DNA of 64,000 nt from an uncultured Oceanobacillus sp. (GCA_938004015.1 CALKWU010000215.1:22-64021); one strand, 5' to 3'. Positions 1 to 11,266 are shown, counted from the stretch's first letter. Notes: a model not told the origin generated them from the letters alone. Made by a program: numbers and translations.

Positions 1-2
1 AA

Positions 3-791
3 CCTTTTCTAAACGGACCACAACTTGCTCGACTCGAAACAGCAATTATCAATGGACAACAATTAAATACTTTGTTCTCAAGTTTGGAAACATTGGCTGA
101 TAGCGGGAATTTATCACAATTACTCAAATTCATCGCAAAGATGGATGAAAGCAGCCGTTTTTTGAGTCTCACACCGAAGCAACAATTCATGGAACATGTG
201 AGGCAGGCGATTCCACTACTCGGCATCAATTATGAAAACAGATTAGTGACAAACAAAGAACGAAGTGCATTACCGGACACGATTAAAGGATTACTTCTTC
301 AACTTGGAGCTGAAGGAAATGTGAAAAGTGGTGAATCGCTTACGAGGACGTTGCAACTCATTCAAGGATTGCAAATACAAAGTGTGGCGGAAAACCAATC
401 GTTTGTCCATGTGTCTCTTCAATTGCCTGCAGAACGACTCGGGCTCATTAAAGACCTCTCCTTGGAATTCGAAGGGAAAAAAGATGAACATGGCCAAATC
501 AATCCGGATTTTTGCCGTATCCTTTTCTATTTGGACTTGGAAGGTTTGAAAGAAACGGTGATTGATGTCAATATCCAACAGAGGGCCGTCTCCCTTACGA
601 TTTTCAACAATACACCTGGGCTTCCGAAAGTCGTGCGGCATGTAAAGGACAAATTGAAATCTGCTTTACAATCATTGGATTACCGCTTCATGTCGCTGCA
701 ATTCAAAAAATTGGAAGATAGAGAACTCGTCAAACCGGCTAAAGAAGAAATCGAGTTGGACCAAACGAAAAGGGTGGATTACCGAATATGA
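3..791 (+). CDS. YlqG-like protein, 5'-truncated by window edge; C-terminus resembles a FliK-type domain
   Basis: Frame is open from position 3 to the TGA at 791. C-terminal RILFYLDLEGLKETVIDVNIQQRAVSLTIFN...VDYRI; sits upstream of ylqH-sucC as in B. subtilis. Confidence 0.7.
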   Translation, partial: PFLNGPQLARLETAIINGQQLNTLFSSLETLADSGNLSQLLKFIAKMDESSRFLSLTPKQQFMEHVRQAIPLLGINYENRLVTNKERSALPDTIKGLLLQLGAEGNVKSGESLTRTLQLIQGLQIQSVAENQSFVHVSLQLPAERLGLIKDLSLEFEGKKDEHGQINPDFCRILFYLDLEGLKETVIDVNIQQRAVSLTIFNNTPGLPKVVRHVKDKLKSALQSLDYRFMSLQFKKLEDRELVKPAKEEIELDQTKRVDYRI

Positions 792-1063
792 ATGAAAAAC
801 GGAAAAAAGCCGTGTCCCTCCGATATGATCAAGAAAAGGATTTTGCACCTTTCGTCAGTGCGTCAGGAAAAGGTTATGTAGCTGAAGAAATCATCAAATT
901 GGCAGAAGAACACGAGATTCCGATCATTGAAGATCCATCGCTTGTGGAACTGTTGGCACAACTGGATGTGAATGAATATATACCGGAGGATTTATATGAA
1001 GTCGTGGCGGAAATATTTGCTTTCATCTATGAAGTGGATAAAAATTATAGCGATAGAAGGTGA
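788..1063 (+). CDS. ylqH: YlqH, stand-alone FlhB C-terminal-like (EscU/YscU/HrcU family) protein
   Basis: KAVSLRYD..APFVSASGKGYVAEEIIKLAEEHEIPI..LY..VAEIFAFIY resembles the FlhB C-terminus in this window; ATGA overlap with upstream gene. Confidence 0.85.
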   Translation: MNEKRKKAVSLRYDQEKDFAPFVSASGKGYVAEEIIKLAEEHEIPIIEDPSLVELLAQLDVNEYIPEDLYEVVAEIFAFIYEVDKNYSDRR

Positions 1064-1101
1064 ATTGCGAAAAAATTTATAATCTAGCAATATCTTATTC
1101 C

Positions 1102-1130
1102 TTGTGAAAAAGAATGATATCTAATACAAT
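1102..1130 (+). promoter_or_regulatory. Putative sigma-A promoter of sucCD
   Basis: TTGTGA-N17-TACAAT. Confidence 0.5.
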
Positions 1131-1163
1131 TGAATTGCATTTATGTATATGGGAGGATTAAAG

Positions 1164-2324
1164 ATGAACATTCACGAATATCAAGCAAAAGAACTACTAC
1201 GTGAATTTGGTGTGAAAGTGCCTAGGGGACATGTCGCATACACCGTGGACGAAGCGGTTGAAGCGGCCAAAAAATTGGGCACGGATGTAACCGTTGTAAA
1301 AGCGCAAATCCACGCGGGCGGTCGTGGAAAAGCAGGAGGGGTGAAAGTAGCCAAGAGCTTGGACGAGGTTCGTACATATGCGGAAGAAATCCTCGGCAAA
1401 GTGCTCGTTACGCATCAAACCGGACCGGAGGGTAAAGAAGTAAAGCGTTTACTCATTGAAGAAGGTTGCGATATTCAAAAAGAATATTACATAGGCGCCG
1501 TCCTTGATCGGGCGACTTCCCGAGTCGTCTTAATGGGGTCTGAGGAAGGCGGAACGGAAATTGAAGAAGTGGCGGCAGAGACTCCGGAAAAAATCTTCAA
1601 GGAAGTCATCGATCCGGCTGTTGGACTCTTGCCGTTCCAAGCACGCAGATTGGCATTCAATTTGAACATCCCTAACGAGCTGATCAATGAGGCCGTACGT
1701 TTCATGATGGCACTCTATGATGCTTTCGTGACGAAGGACTGTTCCATTGCTGAAATCAACCCACTCGTCACAACAGGTGATGGTAAATTGTATGCACTTG
1801 ATGCGAAATTGAACTTTGACGATAATGCGCTCTATCGCCATCCGGACATCGTGGAATTGAGAGATTTGGATGAAGAAGATGAAAGGGAAATCGAAGCATC
1901 AAAACATGATTTGAGTTATGTGGCCTTGGATGGGAACATCGGCTGCATGGTGAACGGTGCTGGTCTAGCCATGTCGACGATGGACATCATCAAGTATTAC
2001 GGAGGCGAACCGGCGAACTTCCTCGATGTCGGTGGAGGAGCGACGAAAGAAAAAGTAACGGAAGCATTTAAAATCATCCTTTCCGATCCGAATGTAAAAG
2101 GGATTTTCGTCAATATTTTCGGCGGTATCATGAAGTGTGATGTCATTGCTGAAGGAGTCGTTGCGGCGACGAAAGAAGTAGGTCTTGAAATTCCGCTCGT
2201 CGTCCGTTTGGAAGGGACGAATGTCGAGTTAGGAAAGAAAATTTTGAATGAATCCGGTTTGAACATCACACCAGCCAATTCTATGGCAGACGGTGCGGAA
2301 AAAATCGTTTCTTTAGTAAAATAA
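1164..2324 (+). CDS. sucC: Succinyl-CoA synthetase beta subunit
   Basis: [37 protein letters not shown]; GGGAGG SD before ATG 1164. Confidence 0.98.
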   Translation: MNIHEYQAKELLREFGVKVPRGHVAYTVDEAVEAAKKLGTDVTVVKAQIHAGGRGKAGGVKVAKSLDEVRTYAEEILGKVLVTHQTGPEGKEVKRLLIEEGCDIQKEYYIGAVLDRATSRVVLMGSEEGGTEIEEVAAETPEKIFKEVIDPAVGLLPFQARRLAFNLNIPNELINEAVRFMMALYDAFVTKDCSIAEINPLVTTGDGKLYALDAKLNFDDNALYRHPDIVELRDLDEEDEREIEASKHDLSYVALDGNIGCMVNGAGLAMSTMDIIKYYGGEPANFLDVGGGATKEKVTEAFKIILSDPNVKGIFVNIFGGIMKCDVIAEGVVAATKEVGLEIPLVVRLEGTNVELGKKILNESGLNITPANSMADGAEKIVSLVK

Positions 2325-2369
2325 TAGAATTGAAAATTTGATTTTTGGAGAAAGGATTGACGAGATCAA

Positions 2370-3272
2370 ATGGGCGTATTTGTTGATAAAGATACAAAAG
2401 TGCTTGTCCAAGGGATTACTGGTGCTACGGCCAGATTCCATACGAAAGAAATGCTGAATTACGGAACGAAAATTGTCGCTGGCACTTCCCCGAATAAGGG
2501 AGGGACAGAAGTCGAAGGAGTTCCGGTCTTCAATACGGTAGCAGAAGCGGTTGAGGCGACAGGCGCGAATGCCTCTGTCATTTACGTTCCTGCTCCATTT
2601 GCTGCGGATGCCATCATGGAAGCAGTCGATGCAGAATTGGATTTGGTGATTTGTATTACCGAACATATTCCAGTGATGGACATGGTGAAAGTGAAACGTT
2701 ATATGGAAGGAAAGAAAACCCGTTTAATCGGCCCGAACTGTCCAGGTGTCATTACTGCTGAAGAATGTAAAATCGGCATCATGCCTGGGTATATCCATAA
2801 AAAAGGCCATATCGGTGTCGTTTCCCGCTCTGGTACGTTGACTTATGAGGCGGTTCATCAATTGTCGGAAGCCGGTTATGGACAAACGACAGCGGTTGGA
2901 ATCGGTGGTGACCCGGTGAACGGAACGAATTTCATCGATGTGTTGAAAGCTTTCAATGAAGATCCGGAAACGGAAGCAGTCATCATGATCGGTGAAATCG
3001 GTGGAACCGCTGAAGAAGAAGCGGCGAGATGGGTGAAAGAAAATATGACGAAACCTGTCGTCGGCTTCATCGGTGGTGCAACCGCACCTCCAGGAAAACG
3101 CATGGGTCATGCCGGGGCGATCATTTCTGGTGGGGAAGGAACTGCGGAAGAAAAAATCCGTGTCATGAAAGAATGTGGAATTACGGTAGCTGAAACTCCT
3201 GCTGTCATGGGTGAAACGATGATCAAAGTTCTGAAAGAAAAAGGTTTGGCAGAAAAATGTAAAACCCATTAA
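2370..3272 (+). CDS. sucD: Succinyl-CoA synthetase alpha subunit
   Basis: [28 protein letters not shown] phospho-His motif. Confidence 0.98.
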   Translation: MGVFVDKDTKVLVQGITGATARFHTKEMLNYGTKIVAGTSPNKGGTEVEGVPVFNTVAEAVEATGANASVIYVPAPFAADAIMEAVDAELDLVICITEHIPVMDMVKVKRYMEGKKTRLIGPNCPGVITAEECKIGIMPGYIHKKGHIGVVSRSGTLTYEAVHQLSEAGYGQTTAVGIGGDPVNGTNFIDVLKAFNEDPETEAVIMIGEIGGTAEEEAARWVKENMTKPVVGFIGGATAPPGKRMGHAGAIISGGEGTAEEKIRVMKECGITVAETPAVMGETMIKVLKEKGLAEKCKTH

Positions 3273-3279
3273 TAGGAGT

Positions 3280-3312
3280 AGGGGCTGAAAGTTCATACTT
3301 TTGGCCCCTTTT
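3280..3312 (+). terminator. Rho-independent terminator after sucD
   Basis: AGGGGCTGAAAGT-tcat-ACTTTTGGCCCCT plus T run. Confidence 0.75.
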
Positions 3313-3339
3313 CCATATTAGAAAGGATGTGAACGAGAT

Positions 3340-4248
3340 ATGGATGTGGCACGCCTCCGACTGATTCACTTGTCCATGTCACAAATCCTCAGTAGAAAAA
3401 CGATTCGTCATTTCTTGGCGATCGATCCTACCTTAGCTTCCATCTATGAAATAACTCCGGAAAAATTGCATCTCCAGTTTTCCATACCATTTAAGACAGC
3501 AACCCGCTTATACACTTATCTCCATAATGAAGACATGAGAAAAAAGTTTTCAGAAACCGTCAAGCGATATAAAATCGTGACGATCATTGACGCTTTTTAT
3601 CCATCCGTGTTGAAAACGATAGAAGATGCTCCCCTCGTACTCTATTGTCTCGGTGATCTTTCACTTTTCCAAGAAAATAAAGTATTGAGTGTCATCGGTT
3701 CCCGACAACCTTCCTCCGAAGCAAAACCGAAAATGGATCATATCCTCACGCCGCTTATCCAAGAAGGTTGGCTGATCGTTAGCGGCATGGCAAGAGGTGT
3801 AGATGGTTATGCCCATACCCTCACGCTTTCTCATCAAGGTAAAACGATTGCGGTATTGGGTGGTGGGTTTGAATATATTTACCCAAAAGAGCATATTCCA
3901 TTATTTAAGAAGATTGCCTCGACTGGTCTCGTCATCAGCGAATATCCTCCATTTATGAAGCCGGCCAGATACCATTTTCCCGAACGGAATCGGATCATCA
4001 GCGGTCTTTCTTTTGGCACGTTAGTCATTGAAGCGATGGAGAAAAGCGGTACGATGATCACTGTCGAGCAGGCACTCGACCAAGGAAGGGAAGTGTTTGC
4101 CGTACCGGGTTCACCGCTTGTTCCACAAACAAAAGGTTGTCACCGGCTCATCCAAGAAGGAGCGAAATTGACACAAGATGCAGACGATATTCGTATCGAG
4201 TGGCTTTCACAGAACGAAGATCAGCGACATAACATGCTGTCAGATTGA
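3340..4248 (+). CDS. dprA: DNA-processing protein DprA (Smf)
   Basis: IGSR, IVSGMARGVDG, FPERNRIISG, A..QGREVFAVPG; sucD-dprA-topA synteny. Confidence 0.95.
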   Translation: MDVARLRLIHLSMSQILSRKTIRHFLAIDPTLASIYEITPEKLHLQFSIPFKTATRLYTYLHNEDMRKKFSETVKRYKIVTIIDAFYPSVLKTIEDAPLVLYCLGDLSLFQENKVLSVIGSRQPSSEAKPKMDHILTPLIQEGWLIVSGMARGVDGYAHTLTLSHQGKTIAVLGGGFEYIYPKEHIPLFKKIASTGLVISEYPPFMKPARYHFPERNRIISGLSFGTLVIEAMEKSGTMITVEQALDQGREVFAVPGSPLVPQTKGCHRLIQEGAKLTQDADDIRIEWLSQNEDQRHNMLSD

Positions 4249-4419
4249 ACAAATTACAAGCGTACACACTGTTGAATTTCACATTACAGGATATCAACAC
4301 GTTTACTTTTCTCGGAGTTGTAAAGGGAGCTTTGATTGAAAAGAAGGAATAACAGTAGTTCACGCAAGGAAAACGTATTGGAATTTCGATTGGTTTAGAG
4401 TTCGTCCCAGCTAAGAAGT

Positions 4420-4448
4420 TTGACAAAAACCATTTAAGTCATTAGTAT
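4420..4448 (+). promoter_or_regulatory. Sigma-A promoter of topA
   Basis: TTGACA-N17-TAGTAT. Confidence 0.65.
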
Positions 4449-4492
4449 AAGTGGAGATTTGATTTTTAAACCTCATTTTAGGAGGAAATGAA

Positions 4493-6577
4493 ATGTCAGA
4501 TTACCTAGTAATTGTAGAATCCCCTGCAAAAGCAAAGACAATCGAACGTTATCTGGGGAAAAAATATGAAGTGAAAGCATCCATGGGGCATGTCCGTGAC
4601 TTGCCGAAAAGTCAGATGGGTGTGGATGTCGAAAATAATTACAAACCAAAATATATAACGATCCGCGGAAAAGGCGAAGTGTTGAAAGAACTTAGAAAAG
4701 CTGCGAAAAAAGCGAAAAAGGTTTATCTCGCTGCCGACCCGGATCGCGAAGGGGAAGCCATTGCCTGGCATTTGGCCCATATTTTGAATATCGATGAGGA
4801 ATCTGAATGCCGTGTCGTTTTCAACGAGATCACGAAAGATGCCGTAAAAGAATCGTTCAAACAGCCGCGGGCCATCGATCTTGATCTGGTGGATGCCCAA
4901 CAAGCAAGAAGAATCCTTGACCGGCTAGTCGGTTATAATATCAGTCCGTTATTGTGGAAAAAAGTGAAAAAAGGTTTGAGTGCAGGAAGAGTGCAAACAG
5001 TCGCTTTGAAAATGATCATCGATCGGGAAAAAGAAATCGAAAACTTCAAACCGGAAGAATACTGGACGATTGAAGCGACATTTGAAAAAGATAAAGACAG
5101 CTTCGAAGGTTCTTTTTATGGAATAGACGGCAAAAAGCAAGAGTTGAAAACGAAAGCTGATGTGGAAAATATTCAAAAACGATTGACGGATGACCACTTT
5201 CTAGTGGAAAAGGTGAATAAACGGGAGAGAAAACGCAATCCGGCAAAACCGTTCATCACGTCATCGTTGCAACAAGAAGCTGCGAGAAAACTGAATTTCC
5301 GGGCAAGAAAAACGATGATGGTCGCCCAACAACTTTATGAGGGAATCGACTTAGGGCGACAAGCAGGCGGTATTACCGGACTCATCACATACATGCGAAC
5401 CGACTCGACTAGAATTTCCGATGTCGCTAAAAATGAAGCAAGAAAATACATCGAAGAAAAATACGGAAAAAAATATGTCGGCTTCGACAGGAAGACATCG
5501 AACCAACAAGGAGCTCAAGATGCCCACGAAGCGATCCGCCCGACTTCGGTACTTCGTGATCCCCGCTCATTGAAAGATGTTTTGACAAACGATCAGTACC
5601 GTTTGTACAAATTGATTTGGGAACGGTTCGTAGCCAGTCAAATGGCACCTGCCGTCATGGATACGGTGACGGTGCATTTGACGAACAACAACGTCGAATT
5701 CAGAGCGACCGGATCGCAAGTGAAATTCAACGGTTTCATGAAAGTTTATGTGGAAGGAACAGATGACAATAAAAATAATATTGTCCAGGAAAAATTGCTT
5801 CCGGAGTTGGAAGAAGGCATGAAAGTAACAGCGAAAAAGATCGATCCGAATCAGCACTTCACCCAACCGCCGCCAAGGTATACGGAGGCAAGGCTAGTCC
5901 GGGCGATGGAAGAATTGGGAATTGGTCGTCCGTCCACTTATGCACCGACATTGGATACGATTCAGCGTAGAGGATATGTATCATTGGAAAACAGACGCTT
6001 CGTCCCTACAGAACTCGGCACGATCGTCAGTGAAGCTGTGGAAGAATATTTTCCTGAAATCATCGATGTTGATTTTACAGCGAAAATGGAAAAAGATTTA
6101 GACACGATTGAAGAAGGAAAATCAGATTGGGTTGAAGTCATCGATGATTTCTATAAAGATTTCGAAAAGCGCTTGGAGTATGCCGAAAAAGAAATGGAGA
6201 AAATAGAAATCAAAGATGAACCTGCGGGTATCGATTGTGAGAAATGCGGACATGAAATGGTTTATAAAATGGGCAGATACGGCAAGTTTTTAGCGTGTTC
6301 GAACTTTCCGGAGTGTCGGAACACGAAACCAATCTTGAAAAAAATCGGCGTCGATTGTCCGAAGTGTAAAGAAGGAGCCGTTGTCGAACGGAAGACGAAA
6401 AAGCGGAGAACCTTCTATGGATGCGATCGTTATCCGGAGTGTGATTTCGTGTCTTGGGATAAACCGATTGCCCGTCCTTGTCCGAAGTGTGAATCATTGC
6501 TCGTAGAAAAAAAGGTGAAGAAAAACATCCAAGTCCAATGTACAAACTGTGATTATCGGGAAGAAGAACAAAACTGA
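4493..6577 (+). CDS. topA: DNA topoisomerase I
   Basis: [34 protein letters not shown], three C-terminal C4 zinc ribbons. Confidence 0.98.
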   Translation: MSDYLVIVESPAKAKTIERYLGKKYEVKASMGHVRDLPKSQMGVDVENNYKPKYITIRGKGEVLKELRKAAKKAKKVYLAADPDREGEAIAWHLAHILNIDEESECRVVFNEITKDAVKESFKQPRAIDLDLVDAQQARRILDRLVGYNISPLLWKKVKKGLSAGRVQTVALKMIIDREKEIENFKPEEYWTIEATFEKDKDSFEGSFYGIDGKKQELKTKADVENIQKRLTDDHFLVEKVNKRERKRNPAKPFITSSLQQEAARKLNFRARKTMMVAQQLYEGIDLGRQAGGITGLITYMRTDSTRISDVAKNEARKYIEEKYGKKYVGFDRKTSNQQGAQDAHEAIRPTSVLRDPRSLKDVLTNDQYRLYKLIWERFVASQMAPAVMDTVTVHLTNNNVEFRATGSQVKFNGFMKVYVEGTDDNKNNIVQEKLLPELEEGMKVTAKKIDPNQHFTQPPPRYTEARLVRAMEELGIGRPSTYAPTLDTIQRRGYVSLENRRFVPTELGTIVSEAVEEYFPEIIDVDFTAKMEKDLDTIEEGKSDWVEVIDDFYKDFEKRLEYAEKEMEKIEIKDEPAGIDCEKCGHEMVYKMGRYGKFLACSNFPECRNTKPILKKIGVDCPKCKEGAVVERKTKKRRTFYGCDRYPECDFVSWDKPIARPCPKCESLLVEKKVKKNIQVQCTNCDYREEEQN

Positions 6578-6606
6578 GACCAGCAAATCGAAATGCTGGT
6601 CTTTTC
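6577..6606 (+). terminator. Terminator after topA
   Basis: AGACCAGCA-aatcgaaa-TGCTGGTCT-ttt. Confidence 0.75.
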
Positions 6607-6831
6607 GTTTGGGAAATTTCAAAAATGTGAATATTCTTAGGAGAGACTGGCAATAGTGGTAATAATTCAATTGTTGCAATTGTTTTATTTGGTAAATTAT
6701 CAAAAATATGAGATACTAGTCAACGGAAAAACTGCAAACAATTCCTCCGACCGTATCCTCATATATATTTAAATTATTTCACAAAATGTTCACTAAATTG
6801 TATTTTTACCGAAAAATTGAATATATTCCAA

Positions 6832-6860
6832 TTGACGGAGTTATGTTTAAAGAATATAAT
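6832..6860 (+). promoter_or_regulatory. Near-consensus sigma-A promoter upstream of xerC-hslVU-codY
   Basis: TTGACG-N17-TATAAT. Confidence 0.65.
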
Positions 6861-6971
6861 TACCAATTGGTGGGTATATACAAAAAGTCAGAGCTGAAAA
6901 ATAATTCAATTTATTTAGACATGCGTTAAAATAGCTCGATTCTGAATTTTGTTTTAATTTTGGGAAATCAA

Positions 6972-7000
6972 TTGATTTAGAAGATAAGCTATGATATCAT
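6972..7000 (+). promoter_or_regulatory. Proximal sigma-A promoter (extended -10) of xerC operon
   Basis: TTGATT-N17-TATCAT with TG at -15/-14. Confidence 0.5.
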
Positions 7001-7026
7001 TTACTCATGAAATTAGGGGTGAAGAT

Positions 7027-7953
7027 TTGGAGGAATTTGTTGAAGAAAGTCGAGGCTTTGTAACCTATCTTCAAATCGAGAAAAACGCTTCACCGTACAC
7101 AATTGAATATTACCAAGATGATCTCCAATCTTTTTTCCGTTTTTTGAAAAGTGAGGGGATCACCAATCTTTCGCAAGTAGATGAACAAGTCGCTCGGCTA
7201 TATTTGACGGAACTATATAAGAAAAAACTGTCGAGGAAAACCGTCTCACGAAAAATTTCATCCCTGAGAAGTTTTTACAAATACTTGCAAAGGGAGGATG
7301 ATGCATTTACGAATCCATTCGTCCGGATTTATTTGCCGAAGACGGAAAAAAACGTACCGGGATTCCTATATCAAGACGAATTGGAGAAGCTTTTCGAAGT
7401 GAACGATCTCTCTGATCCATTAGGTCAAAGGGATCAAGCGCTGATTGAAGTTCTTTATGGTACGGGAATCCGGGTCAGTGAATGTCAAAGTCTACAGCTT
7501 GAGGATATTGACTTTTCTCTTGGAACGGTATTCGTTAAAGGGAAAGGGAGAAAAGAAAGATATGTTCCTTTCGGCCGATATGCGGAAATCGCATTGGAAA
7601 CATACATCCATGACGGCCGACGTTCTTTGCTGGAAAAAGCAAAAGAAAAGACGGATCATCTTTTCCTCAATGCAAGGGGAGGACCGCTTTCAACCCGAGG
7701 AATCCGCCATGTATTGGATAAAATGGTGGAAAAAGCCGCTCTGACAATCAATCTCCATCCACATAAACTTCGCCATACATTTGCTACCCACCTGTTGAAT
7801 GAGGGAGCGGATCTGCGTACAGTGCAGGAGTTGTTAGGTCATGAAAGTCTGTCTTCCACGCAAATCTATACCCATGTTACGAAAGAACATTTGCGGGATG
7901 TGTATATGAAAACACATCCACGGGCAAATGGAAATGATTCCGAGCGGATGTGA
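7027..7953 (+). CDS. xerC: Tyrosine recombinase XerC (CodV)
   Basis: [39 protein letters not shown]; TTG start after AGGGGTG SD. Confidence 0.95.
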   Translation: MEEFVEESRGFVTYLQIEKNASPYTIEYYQDDLQSFFRFLKSEGITNLSQVDEQVARLYLTELYKKKLSRKTVSRKISSLRSFYKYLQREDDAFTNPFVRIYLPKTEKNVPGFLYQDELEKLFEVNDLSDPLGQRDQALIEVLYGTGIRVSECQSLQLEDIDFSLGTVFVKGKGRKERYVPFGRYAEIALETYIHDGRRSLLEKAKEKTDHLFLNARGGPLSTRGIRHVLDKMVEKAALTINLHPHKLRHTFATHLLNEGADLRTVQELLGHESLSSTQIYTHVTKEHLRDVYMKTHPRANGNDSERM

Positions 7954-7963
7954 GGTGATGGGG

Positions 7964-8509
7964 ATGACCAATGACATGCATGCTACGACGATCTTTGCCA
8001 TCAGACATAATGGTTCTTGTGCGATGTGCGGAGATGGTCAAGTCACCTTAGGAAATGCGGTGATTATGAAACAGCATGCGAAAAAAGTCCGGAAACTTTA
8101 CAATGGTCAGGTATTGGCCGGTTTTGCCGGTTCGGTGGCGGATGCGTTCACGTTGTTCGAAAAATTCGAGAACAATTTGAATGCTTATAATGGGAATTTG
8201 ACCCGTGCAGCTGTCGAATTGGCAAAAGAATGGCGGAGCGATCGGGTGCTTCGAAAATTGGAAGCGATGTTGATCGTCATGAATAAAGAAAGTATGTACC
8301 TTGTTTCCGGAACAGGGGAAGTGATTGAACCGGACGACGGAATTCTTGCCATCGGTTCAGGCGGAAATTACGCCTTAAGCGCTGGCAGGGCTCTTGTTAA
8401 ACATGCAAATAGTTTATCTGCTGAACAAATAGCGAAAACCGCATTGGAAATTGCTGCGGGAATTGATGTGTATACGAATGACGAGTTGACATTAGAGGTA
8501 CTCGATTAA
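7964..8509 (+). CDS. hslV: HslV/ClpQ protease subunit
   Basis: [33 protein letters not shown]. Confidence 0.96.
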   Translation: MTNDMHATTIFAIRHNGSCAMCGDGQVTLGNAVIMKQHAKKVRKLYNGQVLAGFAGSVADAFTLFEKFENNLNAYNGNLTRAAVELAKEWRSDRVLRKLEAMLIVMNKESMYLVSGTGEVIEPDDGILAIGSGGNYALSAGRALVKHANSLSAEQIAKTALEIAAGIDVYTNDELTLEVLD

Positions 8510-8531
8510 AAGTGGGAGGTATTTCCAAAGT

Positions 8532-9923
8532 ATGGGGATGGAGCTCACTCCGAGAGAAATCGTTGAACAGTTGGACAAATATGTAGTCGGTCAAAGGAAG
8601 GCCAAACGTTCCGTAGCGGTGGCGTTAAGAAACCGATATCGCAGAATGAAGTTGGAAGAAGATATCAAAGATGAAATCGTTCCAAAAAACATCTTGATGA
8701 TCGGTCCGACCGGTGTCGGTAAAACGGAAATCGCCCGCAGGTTGGCGAAATTGGTGAAAGCGCCATTCGTGAAAGTCGAAGCGACGAAATTCACAGAGGT
8801 CGGTTATGTCGGCCGGGATGTCGAGTCCATGGTCCGTGACCTTGTGGAGATGGCTGTGCGGATGGTTCGGGAAGAAAAAATGGCGAAAGTGCAAAAAACA
8901 GCTGAAAAGGAAGCGAATAAACGCTTGGTTGATCTTTTGCTTCCACAAGCGAAGAAGCAAGCGCCGATGAAAAACCCGTTTGAAATGTTGTTCATGAATC
9001 AAACGCTTCAGTCGGAAAATGAACCGGATGAAGGAAATGAGGAAATCAGGAACAAGCGGCAACGTGTGGAACGGATGCTTGCACTAGGTGAATTGGAAGA
9101 TAAAATCGTCACGATTGAAATAACCGAAACACCGCCATCCATGTTTGACTTGCTGCAAGGTTCAGGTATAGAACAAATGGGAATGGATATGCAGGATGTT
9201 TTCAGCCAATTTATGCCCACCAGAAAGAAACGACGGAAAGTACCCGTCCGGGAGGCAAGAAAGATCCTAACCCAACAAGAAGCGGAAAAGCTGGTCAATA
9301 TGGAAGAGGTTGCTCAAGAAGCAACAAGGCGCGCCGAACAATCCGGCATTATTTTCATCGATGAAATCGATAAAATTGCTGGTGGTGCAAAGGACCAAGC
9401 GAACGTCTCCCGTGAAGGTGTCCAGCGTGATATTTTACCGATCGTCGAAGGTTCGACGGTCATGACGAAACATGGTCCTGTGAAAACCGATCATATTTTA
9501 TTCATTGCCGCAGGTGCATTCCATATGTCGAAACCGTCGGATCTGATTCCTGAATTGCAAGGGAGATTTCCGATTCGGGTGGAATTGGAAAAGTTATCGA
9601 TAGAAGATTTCAAACAAATCTTGACAGATCCTTCCAATGCTCTGACGAAACAATATGAAGCCTTGTTGAAGACGGAAGGCATCGAGATCGTTTTCAAAGA
9701 AGATGCAATTGAACGCATCGCGGAAGTAGCGTACCAAGTGAACCAAGATACAGATAACATTGGTGCGAGAAGGCTTCATACAATACTCGAGAAGTTGTTG
9801 GAAGACTTGTTGTTCGAAGCACCGGACATTTCAATGGAAACAGTCGAAATCACATCCGGTTATGTCGATGAAAAACTAGGTGGAATTGTTAAGAATAAAG
9901 ACTTAAGTCAATTTATCTTATAA
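8532..9923 (+). CDS. hslU: HslU/ClpY ATPase subunit
   Basis: [40 protein letters not shown]. Confidence 0.97.
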   Translation: MGMELTPREIVEQLDKYVVGQRKAKRSVAVALRNRYRRMKLEEDIKDEIVPKNILMIGPTGVGKTEIARRLAKLVKAPFVKVEATKFTEVGYVGRDVESMVRDLVEMAVRMVREEKMAKVQKTAEKEANKRLVDLLLPQAKKQAPMKNPFEMLFMNQTLQSENEPDEGNEEIRNKRQRVERMLALGELEDKIVTIEITETPPSMFDLLQGSGIEQMGMDMQDVFSQFMPTRKKRRKVPVREARKILTQQEAEKLVNMEEVAQEATRRAEQSGIIFIDEIDKIAGGAKDQANVSREGVQRDILPIVEGSTVMTKHGPVKTDHILFIAAGAFHMSKPSDLIPELQGRFPIRVELEKLSIEDFKQILTDPSNALTKQYEALLKTEGIEIVFKEDAIERIAEVAYQVNQDTDNIGARRLHTILEKLLEDLLFEAPDISMETVEITSGYVDEKLGGIVKNKDLSQFIL

Positions 9924-9950
9924 AATTTAATGTAAATGGAGGAAATTTTG

Positions 9951-10730
9951 ATGAAACTTCTAGATCGAGCAAGAAAAATCAATGCAATGTTACAAAAGTC
10001 AGCAGGAAAATCAGTGAATTTCAATGAAATGTCAGCAACTCTACGTGATGTAATAGGTGGTAATGTCTATATCGTAAGCAGAAGAGGTAAGCTTTTAGGT
10101 TTTGCCATCAGTCAAGAAATTGAGAACGAACGTATGAAAAAGATGTTGGAAGAAAGACAGTTCCCTGAAGAGTACACCCAAGGTTTGTACAATATCTATG
10201 AAACAACGGCAAACTTAGACATCAACAGTCCACATACTGTTTTCCCAGTGGAAAATAAAGATCTGTTCAAAGATGGTTTGACAACGATCGTTCCTATCCT
10301 TGGTGGTGGTGAACGCCTAGGTACGTTAGTCCTTGGACGTGTGGATGAAGAATTCAATGAAGATGACCTTCTCCTTGCAGAATATGGAGCCACTGTCGTC
10401 GGCATGGAAATCCTTCAAGAAAAAACAGAAGAAATTGAAATGGAAGCCAGAAGCAAAGCGGTTGTCCAAATGGCGATCAGTTCCCTCTCTTACAGTGAGT
10501 TGGAAGCGATCGACCACATTTTTGAAGAATTGAACGGAAGTGAAGGACTGCTCGTTGCAAGTAAAATTGCAGACCGTGTCGGAATCACCCGTTCCGTCAT
10601 CGTCAACGCTTTACGAAAATTGGAAAGTGCCGGCGTTATCGAGTCCCGCTCTTTAGGAATGAAAGGAACATATATCAAAGTTCTGAACGACAAATTCCTT
10701 GTTGAACTTGAAAAACTACGTTCAAGATAA
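9951..10730 (+). CDS. codY: GTP/BCAA-sensing regulator CodY
   Basis: [34 protein letters not shown]. Confidence 0.98.
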   Translation: MKLLDRARKINAMLQKSAGKSVNFNEMSATLRDVIGGNVYIVSRRGKLLGFAISQEIENERMKKMLEERQFPEEYTQGLYNIYETTANLDINSPHTVFPVENKDLFKDGLTTIVPILGGGERLGTLVLGRVDEEFNEDDLLLAEYGATVVGMEILQEKTEEIEMEARSKAVVQMAISSLSYSELEAIDHIFEELNGSEGLLVASKIADRVGITRSVIVNALRKLESAGVIESRSLGMKGTYIKVLNDKFLVELEKLRSR

Positions 10731-10763
10731 GGATATTATGTTTGGGACTTGAAACGTAAATTT

Positions 10764-10906
10764 TAAAAGTCCGAACAATCCATGCTAAACACCGGTTTTG
10801 TTGTAATGAATCAGCACGTATGGTGGAGCTCCGTACACGGGGCTCTGCCGAAAAGTGCTCTTTGACCGGATGACAATGAATGAAGAATGGATTATTCGGA
10901 TTTTTA
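10764..10906. mobile_element. 143-bp MITE-like / long fold-back intergenic element
   Basis: 20-bp terminal inverted repeats with 2 mismatches (TAAAAGTCCGAACAATCCAT / ATGGATTATTCGGATTTTTA); nested internal stems; no ORF. Confidence 0.5.
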
Positions 10907-10989
10907 TTTTTTTAAATCAACTCATTGGAGAAAGTAAATATTCCTAATCGCAAATGCCTGATAACCATAAAAATCTATGTCTTCAGTAT

Positions 10990-11027
10990 TAAATCCATAT
11001 CAAAATCCCACCGATTTTCTAGAAAAT
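10990..11027 (+). promoter_or_regulatory. Possible sigma-D promoter (PD-3-like) overlapping a CodY-box-like palindrome
   Basis: TAAA-N16-ACCGATTT (spacer one base long); perfect palindrome ATTTTCTAGAAAAT at 11014-11027, 3 mismatches to AATTTTCWGAAAATT. Confidence 0.35.
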
Positions 11028-11169
11028 TCCTAGCAATAGAAAAAATAAAAAATCAAACTTTTTTCCAGTCATTTTTTGATAATAGGAAAAATTATCGCTA
11101 AAAATTAAACTAAAAACCTAGTATCTTTTCATCATTTTGGTGAAAAACGCCGGAAAAACTCGAAAAAGA

Positions 11170-11198
11170 TAGACTTTATTTTTGAATTAACTTACAAT
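11170..11198 (+). promoter_or_regulatory. Sigma-A fla/che operon promoter
   Basis: TAGACT-N17-TACAAT, the hexamers I recall for B. subtilis PA(fla/che). Confidence 0.8.
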
Positions 11199-11266
11199 AT
11201 TCGTAGGTGTAAGTCATTATGTGACCGTGGTTTCGGTTTCTTTTTTAAACAGGAGGTCATGCTTTT

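Noticed and set aside
2302-2345. ComK-box-like AAAA-N5-TTTT pair before sucD
   Set aside because: It is too close to the sucD start to precede a promoter, and a terminator separates it from dprA. The motif is common in AT-rich DNA.
6613-6820. Several CodY-box-like AT-rich 15-mers upstream of xerC
   Set aside because: All have 4 or more mismatches in very AT-rich DNA and cannot be distinguished from chance.
7027-7953. Tyrosine recombinase as a possible prophage/ICE integrase
   Set aside because: It is the housekeeping xerC in the conserved codV-clpQY-codY operon, with no cargo or att sites.
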